Shown: positions 52,440 to 64,000 of the stretch, piece after piece
Layout of the letters: the number at the start of each line of letters is the position of its first letter
Numbering within the stretch: the stretch's first letter is position 1
Assembly (NCBI RefSeq): GCF_006345805.1
Contig: NC_042998.1
Coordinates: forward strand, 151,156,001-151,220,000
DNA from: Octopus sinensis
Lineage: Eukaryota
DNA length: 64,000 nucleotides
Direction of reading: 5' to 3'
Translations under genes and position numbers: made by a program
The notes under the pieces: model-generated
Database searches by the model: none
Told to the model about the DNA's origin: nothing
What the model saw: only the letters and a program-made list of their open reading frames with translations

Positions 52440-53800
52440 CTGACAGGAAAGAAGTCTTTGGTTAGTCCTGGTCTCACAAGAGGCAAGTTTTGCGATTGGC
52501 TGATACTATGGAAAGAGGCAAGTTTTGATCAGGCCACGGCTTACTAGGAGAAAGGAATTTGGTCAGTTCGGGACTATAATGGAAAACAAGGTTTTGGTTA
52601 GACCAGAGCTCGCAGGAAACAAAGCTTTAGACACGCCGGTGCTAAAAGCAAGCAAAGTTTTGGTCACCTCGAGTTTAACAGGAAATAGACTAAGGTAGAG
52701 TGTAAGTCTTTGGTCAAACATGATAATTATTGAAGATATAACTGTGTTCACTTTGGGTTTAAAAGTGCCAAATCATTGCTCTGCCCAACACCATAGTAGA
52801 AGACATTGGTTTGGTCAACGGGAAACTAGTTTACAAGATCATGATTTCGTAGTTCTGGGGCTGTTAGAAGACAAAGTTTTGATCAACCTGGAGCTAACAG
52901 CAAACGAAGCCTTAGCTAGCGGAGGGCCAACGGGAGACAAGGCTTTCGTAAGTCTACGGCTGTAGTAGAGACTAATGTTTGATGAGCCTGGGACTATATA
53001 AAAGGAAATGTTTTTTTTAACTCGGAACAACGGCAGAATTTATATACTCAAGCCAAAGAATAAAAGAAGAAAAGTTTTAGTCAACTCGAGGCAGACAGGC
53101 ATAAAGTATTTTATGAGCCCGTCTTTGGTCAGTTCGCGGCTATAGTTGAGAAAAAACTTTTGGCAGTCTCGGAATATGTAAGAGGAAAGACATTGAACAA
53201 ACCCGCGGCTACTGTAGTAGATAAGGCTTTGTTTAGGCAGTGTCTAAAGTAGTTGAAACAGATATGATCAATCCGGGATTAACTTGAGACAAACCTTTGC
53301 TCAACTTGGTGCTATAATTCAATACAAGACGGTGATCAACCCATAGCTATATAGAACACAAAGCTTAGGTCAGCAGGGATCTGTAGTAAAATACAAAGAT
53401 TTTACTAATTAGAGCTGTTAAAGCTATAATGGTTTTGACAGCCATGTGCTATATTAGAAAGCAAAGGTTTAGTAAGACTGGGGCTCACAGAAAACAAGAC
53501 TTAGGCCAGGCCTGGTCTAGCAGGAGACAAGTTTTTGGTCAATCGAGGTTACAATAATTCTTACGGCCTTAGTCGAGACGGAGCTACGTAGAAAAGAAGG
53601 CTGGCATTACTTTTTGATCATCCAGAGGCTTTAAAGACAAGGTCTTGGTCAGATCAGTGCTAACAGGAAACAAAGTTTTGAGCATTACGGTGAGAAAAAT
53701 AAACGAAGTCAGCTCAGTTTTAACAGGAACAAAATCTCTATTCAGACTGGTGTTAAGTCAGAAGACAACTAACAACACAATGTCCTCCTATATATATAGA
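52440..53800. repeat. Highly degenerate 33-35-bp tandem array (roughly 35-40 units), SINE-related
   Basis: Recurring (a)caa(a/g)g(c/t)tttggtca.....ggcta(ta)gta/aca(g/a)ga. The reverse complement matches SINE family C at 21502-21536. Confidence 0.8.
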
Positions 53801-54586
53801 CATTTGTCCGAACCAGTGCCTTCTATGTTATATTACTAAAAAGGTTAGAAATTCTACAATGAAGTTTTTTAGACTTTGGTACATCATCAATCATGTTCCT
53901 ACTCACTGATAACACAATGTCCTATAAAATATTTTAATCGTGAAAATTTTTTTGTAAAATCTTCCAAAAATATTTGGTTTAGTTCAATCTTTTATTATTT
54001 TTTTGTAAATCAGGTCCCCATATCCTTGTTATGTACTGCTCTCTGTTAGTTTACACTGCCCTTAAGGGGTTGCGGGCAAACGCCCCAGTTAAGCATTTCT
54101 GACCTTGAAGGACGGATATATCGGTTAATATATTCCTAGATGGATGAGGCCTGAAAAAGAAAGACAAGAGTCCTAAGTCGTCTGTTCAATCAGAGCTGAG
54201 GTGGTACAACATCAACAACAATAGCAACGGCAATACAGCCATTTAACCACACGAACGCCTTGTATATACATACTATCAAGTATTTCCAGATTCACTCACA
54301 TATGTATGTGTGTGTGTGTGCGCGCATATATATGCATATATATGCATATATATGCATTCACACACACAGACACACACACATACACACACACACACACACG
54401 CACGCACAGAGACACTCACATATATGTACATACAAACATAATCATGGTATGCGAATGTCTTGTATGTATGTGCGTGTATATGTGTATGTGTGTATGTCAG
54501 TGTACATGTGTGCGCGTGTGATTTGAAGTGTACGTTATGAACATTATGATCATACACATATATACGTATGCATGTATATATGAATG

Positions 54587-54624
<38 letters not shown>

Positions 54625-54645
54625 GTATGCATGTATATATGAATG

Positions 54646-54677
<32 letters not shown>

Positions 54678-54710
54678 GCATGTGTATGTATATACCTGTA
54701 TATATGTATG

Positions 54711-54750
<40 letters not shown>

Positions 54751-56138
54751 CATTTATATACGTGAATATATATATATATATTTATAAACGTACATATATA
54801 TACACATATATGTATGTATATATGCATGTATGTATGTATGCATTTATATATGTATGTATGTATATACGTGTATGTATATATGTATGTATATATATGTATG
54901 CATATATGTACGTATGTATATATGTGTACGATATGCGTGTGAGTATAAACGTATGTCTACCTAATTGCCACTGTTTATATATAGATCGCAGTGTATGTAT
55001 AAACAGAGTTGCAGTTATATCGGAAACTGGTATACCCTGGCGGCCTTCGTCGACGTCAACGGAGCGTAATCACAGACCACCCGGGGTGTGAAATGGAATA
55101 AAACGGATGGAGAACGGGGTAGAAGAGGATCGGAGACAGCGAGGGAGCGATTTTACACGATGCGGAAGAATGACTCAGTCATGAAGGTGGTGGCGTTGGT
55201 GAGATGGTAAAAAAAAAAAGTGGTGGTGGCGGTAGTGGAGGTAGTGGTTGTTAGTGGTGGTGAGTGGTGGTGGTTAATGATGTGAGGGATAATATCGTAT
55301 CTGGTGATGGTGTCAGTACTGTTGGTGGTGGTTGATTTGGTGTAAAATAGTAGTGGAGTTGGGGTGGGGTGGAAATGGTGGTGGTGGTGGTGCGATGAAA
55401 GTAATAGTAGGTAGTGGTAGGGATGGAGGTAGAAATACTGGTAGTGGCGGTGGCGGTGGCAATGAGCTAGCTTGAGTGATATAACGTCTGCGGATGATAG
55501 GCGCGTCGGGGTTGCGGCAGTAGTGGTGGTTTGTTGTATAAGGTGGTTGTAGCGGTAGTAGCGATAGACTCTGATACTGGATCTACTGGTTGTGGTGGTG
55601 GTGGTCGTGGTGGTAGTGTAACTCTCGGCTGGTTACGAGGTCATTGTAGAAGTGGCGGTAGTAGTCGTATTAGTAGTAGTACATGAGAGTAAGTATTGGT
55701 GGTAATTGCCCTCTGGTGCTTAGCCTTACTATCGGTAGTAGTAGTAGTAGTAGTAGTAGTAGTACTAGTAGTAGTAGTAGTAGTAGTAGTAGGTGATGTG
55801 TAACCTTGTGGTGTTAATTTAGTGGTGGTGTGGTGACGAGTGATGGTGGCGGCGGTGGTGATCATAGTTTGGAATGGTAATACGTTTGCTGTTGATGCTA
55901 GTATTGTGATGGTAGCGGTGGTGGTGGTGGTGGTGGTGGTGGTGGTGGCGGTAGTGGAAGTTGCGGTGATTATTAAAGTGATATGAGGAGGAAGTTGTTA
56001 GTGGAAGGATGAGTTGGTAACTATATATATGTATACACATACATGTAAACATACATACAAAAATAAATACAAATACACACACACACATATATATATGTAT
56101 GTATGTATATAGGTATACCAATAAACAGAGACATCCAT

Positions 56139-56182
<44 letters not shown>

Positions 56183-56319
56183 TACTAAACTTACTTGGAG
56201 AAAAGAAACGAAACGAAACGACGCGAGGGCGCTCAGTCATACAATAATTTAATAAATAAGATATATGCATACATACACACATATATGTACGTACCTACAT
56301 CTACATGTTAATATATACA

Positions 56320-56369
<50 letters not shown>

Positions 56370-56374
<5 letters not shown>

Positions 56375-56625
56375 ATAAACGGTAAGATAACAAAAGAAAG
56401 AAGAGACCTCAATATTATGTAAATAGAGGAATTTATCTATACAATAATATGTTACATTACTCGGTAGTCAAGATAAAACTCTGAGTTTATTTAACGGTAT
56501 TTTTTCATACCATTTTCAAATAGCCAGATAACCGAAGAGATGGTGTTGTGGATTTCCACTTCGGCATCTGAAACTCAGAGTTTTATCTTGACTACCGAGT
56601 AATGTAACATATTATTGTATATATA
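56370..56625 (+). mobile_element. PLE-type terminal fragment with a perfect 51-bp inverted repeat and a hammerhead fold
   Basis: Arms at 56438-56488 and 56571-56621. Hammerhead at 56526-56588. (TA)n on both sides. Confidence 0.7.
56526..56588 (+). ncRNA. Type I hammerhead ribozyme candidate (variant core)
   Basis: Stem I AGATAA/TTATCT (6 bp); CCGAAGA 56532-56538; GATG/CATC stem II with inner GTGG/CCAC; extra T; GAAA 56570-56573; CTC-A-GAG stem III; TT site 56581-56582. Confidence 0.65.
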
Positions 56626-56668
56626 TATATATATATATTATGTATATATGTATGTATATATATATATG

Positions 56669-56750
<82 letters not shown>

Positions 56751-56774
56751 TACGTTATATATATATTATATATA

Positions 56775-57385
56775 TGAGTACAGGACACCACAAATAAACG
56801 TAGAACTCAACGAGACACGAAAACATAAAAACAAACTAGGAAACGGACTTTTTTAACGTTAAAAAAAGTCCGTTTCCTAGTTAATTAATTTTATATAAAT
56901 AAATATGTTCTCTAACCGATAAATTGACTGCTGCTAATTATTAGCTGCAGGCTAGTTTTCTCGGGCCTCAACGCGCCAAAGTAAAGGCATTTGAAAGATA
57001 TATTCAAATGTAATAGGCTGAACTCCATGCACGCGATATTTCGGTATCGTGTTTGCATCTAGTCCAGAAATTACATTTATAACGGACCATGCTGATGATG
57101 GCTGCAGTTTTCCTTGGGAAAATAACAGCCGAAACTAATTTGTACATGGTAATTATTTTATTTCGCATATTTTTCACTTGTTTATTGCTATGGTTTTGTG
57201 CTGAGTTTGATCTGAGAACATAATCTTTTGTGGTGAATGGCGATTTGACGTCTATATCTAGCATGTTGACTGTCCACTTTTCGTGTTCAGTCTTAATTGG
57301 TATATATAAATATTTTAATCTTCGGATTCTTTTTTAATATGCTAGACCACACTGGTCTTAATTGATAAATATTAATTTCTACCCT
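56775..57385 (+). mobile_element. PLE 3' end (GIY-YIG tail plus UTR with hammerhead), preceded by an inverted terminal fragment and a 49-bp palindrome
   Basis: Palindrome at 56834-56882. RAKVKAFERYIQM**AELH weakly resembles R..KE..YI....P.LN. Hammerhead at 57086-57150. Confidence 0.55.
57086..57150 (+). ncRNA. Type I hammerhead ribozyme with an intact catalytic core
   Basis: Stem I ACCATG/CATGGT (6 bp); CTGATGA 57092-57098; extra T; stem II GGCTG/CAGCC plus TTTTCC/GGAAAA; GAAA 57131-57134; C-G closing stem III; GTA site with predicted cleavage after 57144. Confidence 0.85.
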
Positions 57386-57506
57386 TATTTTTTATATAAT
57401 ATATATATATATATATATAATATATATATATATGCATGTATATATACATGTAATGTAGGTACGTACATATATGTGTGTATGTATGCATATATTTTATTTA
57501 TTAAAT

Positions 57507-57560
<54 letters not shown>

Positions 57561-58344
57561 AGACGTATACATATACATACATACACATATACATTCATAC
57601 ATTTATACATACAATTGTATGTATGTACTTATAAGTAGTGTGTAGTGGTAGTCGTCGTGATTATGTTAGTGGCCTGTGGTGATGGTGATCGTAGTAGTGG
57701 TGATGGTGATCGTGTAGTCACTATGGTGGTAGCAGTGGCAGTGGCGACAGGAGTCATGGTTGCGGCGATAGTAGTAGTATATGTGGAGGTGGTGATAGTA
57801 GCGGAGGCGGTAGTGGTGGTGGTGGCGGTGGTAGTATTTGTCAATTGTTTAGTATTACTAACGGAAGCATCATTGGCGCAGGGAGATATGGGTAACGGCT
57901 TTTCTAGTGATGACAGAGATGATGGGCGGGGTAGTGGAGTTGACGAAGGTTGCTGAGGTTGGCAGTAAAATGACAGTCAAAATAACTCCAGCACAACCAC
58001 CACCATCACCACCGCCACTACCCCACCACCAGCACCACCACGACCATCATATTTTTCAAACTGTACACATGATGGAATTACCAATGCACTTCCAGTCTGG
58101 TTGCTTGGCAACATTGATGACTTGCTGCTTTCGATGATAAAATGTAAATATATTACGAGAATCAGTAGAGCACCGAATATAATACTTCGTGAGATTTAGT
58201 AGGACTAAGTTCGCTTCAAGCCGACGTTGACATTTACATTCATAGCTTTTGGTGTCGATAACTTTATCGACACCAAAATACTGCACTTTCATTATGTCAC
58301 TTACAATGTCTGGCCTTGTGCCAAGGTTAAAAATAGATATCGGA

Positions 58345-58395
<51 letters not shown>

Positions 58396-59759
58396 GCTAC
58401 TACTGCTATTACTACTGCTACTGCTGCTACTGCTGTTGCTGCTACTGCTACTGCTGCTGCTGTTGTTGTTGTTGTTCGCGTCGAGATGGTAGAATCGTTA
58501 TTGCATCGGACTAAATGTTAAGCGGCATTTCTTCCGGTACATTCCGTTCTGAGTTAAAATTCAGCCGAGGCTTTTCGTCGTTTCAGAGTCGATAAAATAA
58601 GGACTAGTTGAGCACTGGGATCGATGTAACTGACCAGATCCCCTACCGAAATAAAATAAAATAAAAAATAATAATAAATTCAAGCCTTGTGTTTATAGTA
58701 GAAAGAATCGCTATCATTATTTATAGTAGTGTTACAATTCCGAGGGTCGAAGAATCCGCAATCTTTCTGAACAAATATTTAAACTACTGCTCAATACATT
58801 GAACAATTCTCCCACCTATTTCGAACCCTCGTCCACTTCGGTCCAATCTGGGGTCCATACATCACCACCTATTAATCACATAAGCCACAGACCTAGGCTC
58901 TCTCTTCTATCCAGTCTATATGCTGCTATATTCAAACTTTGTTCTAAAAGATGGTATAGGCCCATATCTAAAACACCTCTTCCTACAATTCGTTTTTCTC
59001 ATCTTCAGCTCTAGAGTGCAAAGGTCTCACAAATCAGCTTTAAAGTGCAACGGTTAATCACTTCGACTCACGGGCAGACTGCGATCGGTTGCTCAAATCT
59101 TAAATTCTTTCCGTCTGACCCGGGACAGTAGTTGTGTCAGAGAAACGAGATGCCGAGAGTCGTGAAACAACTCCAACTACATATGTCTACCAACATTGTC
59201 TCCCAGGAATCTCTGAATGTGTATCGGCTTCAGAGTAGGCATGTTACATCATGAGCCGCGGTATTCCAAGACTCTACTCCTGGAGTAGCTGTTGGCAGTA
59301 GATGGGTTTCTTAACCAACAAAACCTTTCCTTTTATGATATGTGTGTATGTGTGTGTGTGTGTGTTAAATATAATGAGACAACAAAGTCAAGGCTGTGTG
59401 GAATTTTCAGGACATTTATAAAGAGAAACACCTGTTTCTGGGATATTAGGGATATCCCTTCATCGGAGACGATGTGAGATGGTTAAATAGAGGGGAAAAT
59501 AAGAACTCAGTATAAGGAGTTATTTTGCAAAAGGAAGGAAATAAGGAGTATATAGAGAAATAGGAGAATGAATGTAGAAATGAAAATAAAAATTAAAATA
59601 TATAAAGATGCTATAGTTGCAGTTCCATTATCCAAGGAAAGTGGTGCGTAGAAGTGGTAGAAATGCTTCTTGTTCATGGTATGTAAATTCCGATAGGAAT
59701 TCATATTTTGTCATAATAAATGGAAAGTATGGAGACGTATATATATATTATATATATAT

Positions 59760-59821
<62 letters not shown>

Positions 59822-60761
59822 ATATATGTGGTGTTGTGTGTGTGTGTGTGTATGTATGAATGTATGTATGTATATAAGCTTCGTGCAATGGCTATATTCG
59901 ATAACGAGGGGGCAGCCATAATGTATCTATGTATACACACACATATACATATGCCCAATCTGGTTAGATACTTCCATCAACAAGACACCACGGTGAAACA
60001 GTTGTAGACCACCGAAGCAGTGTGAGTGTTAGCCATTCCCGACATGATCATACTATATGACTGTGTTGTCGTGCATAAGTGAAGAAGCGGGGAACTAAGC
60101 AACTGCATCGTCCTCGGTGCTGAACTGAAAATATAATAAATATCAGAAAGAGTGCAGGGACACATAAATATTTTTATGAAGAAATAAACATAGACACGTT
60201 CCAGAAAATGGTAATGCTGATGCCTGTAGATTTTTTTTTAATTACGAGAAGTAATTTGACAAAATATTCCTCGAAGAACTTCTAGAACAATTTTGAAAAA
60301 AATATTTCACAGACTCTGTAAAGAGAGAAAGAGAGATAGATAGATAATATATAGAAAGAGGGAGGGTGAGAGAGAGAATGAAAGGGAGATGAGGGAGAGA
60401 GAGGAGAGAGAGAGAAGGAGAGGCAGAGAATGGTTTTCGTCGATCTGTTGTAATTCGCAGCTGATTGGAGGAAACAGATTGATACAAACAAACGGTACAC
60501 AATGGGAATGGAAAATCACAGGAGACAGAGAGCGCCATCTATTTAGCAGTAAGTTTGATTATCTTCAGGATATTTGCAAGGTCATGCAAACTGGGAATAT
60601 GTATGTAACAGACAAAATGCTGTGAAAAAAGAAAAAAAAAAGGTTTAGAAAAGGAAGCTGCTGCCTGATCTGCATATAAGAAAAAAATTAAGAAAAATAC
60701 AAAATGGATGAATAAATAAATAGCAACTAATAATAATAACGACAACGATGACGACGATGGC

Positions 60762-60817
<56 letters not shown>

Positions 60818-61759
60818 CGACGACGACGACGACGATGATGATGATGACGATGATGAGGATGATGATGATCATAATAATAATAATAATAATAAGAATAATG
60901 ATAATAATAATAGATGCATAAATGAAAGAAAATAAGGCTGTAATGATATTGAAAGAAAAAATGGCGATATTATAACAAGTAAATCCTTTGAAATAAAGTT
61001 TGAACGACATGAAGTATGCAAGTTGCTTGTGGGTATGAGAATTTTTTATCTTATCTAGATACGTTATAAAATCAAAGTCTGTAAACCCTGCTGCGATATC
61101 GGAAGCAACCATCTGTGGTTGACCAAGTTAGGAGCTGACGACGGGTGTAAAGGTCTGCGATGTACGACGTCGATTTAAAAGGCACCACGTAAGAACAAAG
61201 AAAAAATTGGTGGCAAATTTTTCCTGCAAGAACAACACTAACAACAACAACGATGATGATGATTATGATGATGACGACGATGATGGTGATGATTGGTGGT
61301 AATGATCATGGAAGCGTATTGGTCTTGATCCTTGGGAAACGGTAAATTCTGTACAACGCATCGTCATATTTCAGACCACCAATGGAGAAAGATCATAAAA
61401 ATGTGTGAGCTGTTAGCCATATTGAAAAGTATATTGAAGCATGTGTGTATAAAGGTGAATGTATGTATATATGTAGGTGTGTATGTAAATGTGTTTGGTA
61501 TACATATGCATTTGTACATATACATACCTATATATACACAAAAGTAGTGCAGAAATGGGCTGAAAGAAAAGAAAATGTAAAACCGGGAAATTCTCAATTA
61601 TGATCATCGAAGAGATATGACACACGATTGGTATCACAGTGGAGTACAGAAGTAGTCACACTCACAAACCATTACACATAGTCATGCAATAGATTCATGC
61701 ATATATACAAACATATATAAATACATACGTATATACACACACACATACACACATATATA

Positions 61760-61812
<53 letters not shown>

Positions 61813-61888
61813 CATACATATGTACGTATATGTGTATTCATATCAATGTATTCACATAAGAATATATGTGTGTATGTATCTATCTTTC

Positions 61889-61928
<40 letters not shown>

Positions 61929-62129
61929 TTTTAATCTTACTGTCATTAAAAATGAGGCATAGTAGGACCCTACAAGTATTTAGTCGTTCATATCAACCCC
62001 GGTACATATTTCAGTCTGGGATTTGTTTTATCGGTCACCATTTGTAGAATTGTTAAACTAGTGCTTATTACATAAAGGGGTTCACATACATACATAACTG
62101 CGCGCGCACATACACACATATTCATATAT

Positions 62130-63480
62130 TTATACATATATACTACTTGTTCGAAGGTGTGCTGATTTACTTGAGGTTAGGAATTGTTGAATAGGATAAT
62201 CTAACTGTATTCTTGTTAAATCCTGATAAAGATGTTATAATCCTTGTGTTAAGTTCTGCCAACAATAGTTTCTTGATTAAAGAAAAGATTTTAGCCATAG
62301 GTCTGCTCTCTTTCATATCAAATGGTGGGTTATACTAAATAATGTGTTAGTCCTATTCTTCCTAATCCTACATTCATTTTGATTTAATACAGCATCTCCT
62401 TAAAACCACAACGAACCAATGCTTCGTTAAAACAGATGAGTGATCCTTAAATATCTGCTTGTTAGACACAACCAAGGTAAGCTGAATGAGATATTTTAAA
62501 ACTCACTTAAAATGTTCATGTTGTTTGGATGGTTAGAAAATTTATTGCTGTAAGACATTTTCTATGTAGGGAAAAATAATCCATGAGAGATTCAGGGCCA
62601 TTTTCTGGAAATTCACAACAGATAAGTTCGTGTCATGTGTAATCGACATGTTAACATCTTTTAAAAAGTTAATCAGGTCCTTCCTGAATCTGTCGATAGT
62701 CGGGTACTGCAACTAGTCGTTGTCAACAGGCCATCGTCTCTATAAAAGCCGTCTTCCTAATAAATAAATACATCAATAAAGTTAGTTGCCTCAGTCGAAT
62801 CACCTTCATCCATACTCACGTCAAAAGGAGTATTTGTGGATTTTAAAAACTTGAATTATTGTAAGTTATGAGTTTTCTATGGATGATAATCACATCAACC
62901 TTGGTATCGCTAATCTCAGTTATTATTTACAGTAAAATCAATATCCCTACGTAATAACGGTAATGTGAGTGCAGTATAATAATTATTTTGTATCATATTG
63001 AATATAGCTTCTGCATACCTTATAAGTGATATTTTTCAAGTAGTCTATCACCGGAAAGGAATTACTCCACAGGATTAAAGAGGCTCCTTCCCCGAGCTTA
63101 GCTAATATACGTTTGCTAAGTTTACCTATATCTTATTTAATAGGGTTAACTACCCTAAAAGATGGGTTATTATTGAAACCCAGCATGTGACTAGTGAGTG
63201 TGAAATAAGGGGTTCCAGGATGGAGTGGTTCTGTTCGATCCTGTTTATGTAATTCAGAAGAAATTGTAAATCCAGAATTGTTGATACAGTTCAATATTTT
63301 CTTTTGCGCTAATACTTGATAAATGCATTGTAATAATCATTCCTACCAGAATTCGAATTCTTCATCTTTCTAACACAGGTTTTTAAATCACTTAGCAATG
63401 CGTTTTCCTAGGGAATTTAATATTTTTGATAAGTACTTCTCGAACAACGCCAACGTAGGTTAGAAGAACACGTAGGATTT
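62130..63480 (-). mobile_element. Decayed Penelope-like reverse transcriptase
   Basis: PYFTLTSHMLGFNNNPSFRVVNPIK*DIGKLSKRIL, GFYRDDGLL, TNLSVVNF, SNHP, YNPPF and FNKNTVRLSYS match the PLE RT motifs LKDHK..F...P..RLINP, GLYRDDGL, WFNPPF and NKNT.K.SYS. Confidence 0.8.
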
Positions 63481-64000
63481 CAATATAAATATCTCATCGA
63501 TATTCTGTCTATTACTCATACAGACACACACAAAGTTTAACTATTAATCACACACAGATGCTGGAGAATACATACACATGTATGTATGTATGTGTGTATG
63601 TATGTATGTATGTATGTATGTATGTATGTATGTATGTATGTATGTATGTATGTATGTATGTATATGTGTGTGTGCGTGTGTGTATACACGCAAGCATTAA
63701 GCAAAAAGTATACATAACATCAGACAACATACACACCACACACAACCGACTTAGTCAATACAATGTACATACATACATACTCAAATTGACATATACATAT
63801 ACATACACATACATACTCACACACACATACACACCCATATATACCCAGATACACAAACACACACACTCACAACAACGATTGACAGTTCTAAGTTTCGCCA
63901 GACGGTTCCTCAGATTCTGTGACTATTCTATATTTTGTATAGAATTCTACAACAGATAATGGTTATTTACTGTATACATGTATACAAACAGCCTTGTGTG

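Noticed and set aside
52440-53800. Array translates locally as 11-aa repeats (TGNKVLVNLEL) resembling the LxxLxLxxNxL leucine-rich motif
   Set aside because: Units of 33 and 35 bp are mixed, which breaks the frame repeatedly, and stops are frequent. The DNA unit is better explained by the SINE match.
52440-53800. CRISPR-like array
   Set aside because: Eukaryotic context, no conserved repeat with unique spacers, and no cas genes.
58799-59052. 71-aa ORF with a GPCR-like LYxxIF motif and a nearby strong acceptor
   Set aside because: The similarity is too short and no consistent exon structure was found.
63870-63925. Minus-strand CTGAGGA...GAAACTTAG hammerhead-like motif
   Set aside because: At least three defects (10.1 mismatch, no U16.1, broken stem I); chance cannot be excluded.

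Overview
This is a repeat-saturated, AT-rich animal genomic window. The SINE families and microsatellite load suggest a coleoid cephalopod, probably Octopus, judged from recalled repeat consensus and not from a search. I could not support any host protein-coding exon; most of the supplied ORFs are microsatellite artefacts. Recognisable content: five Tx1-like (L1-superfamily) LINE copies, one near full length and interrupted by a solo-LTR-like insert; several R4/Dong-like elements stacked in (AAT)n arrays; at least six Penelope-like element (PLE) remnants; two mariner relics; a piggyBac 5' end; four short non-autonomous Helitrons; an RTE fragment; and many tRNA-derived SINEs. Most notable observations: (1) a set of hammerhead-ribozyme folds in PLE-type ends, one with an intact catalytic core (57086-57150) and several with shared non-canonical core variants; (2) inverted duplications that break at the ribozyme palindrome; (3) a ~1.35-kb degenerate 33-35-bp tandem array that matches an internal segment of a SINE present in the window; (4) apparent partitioning of microsatellite types among retroelement families; (5) a short unique CpG-rich island dense in transcription-factor motifs at 23.1 kb.
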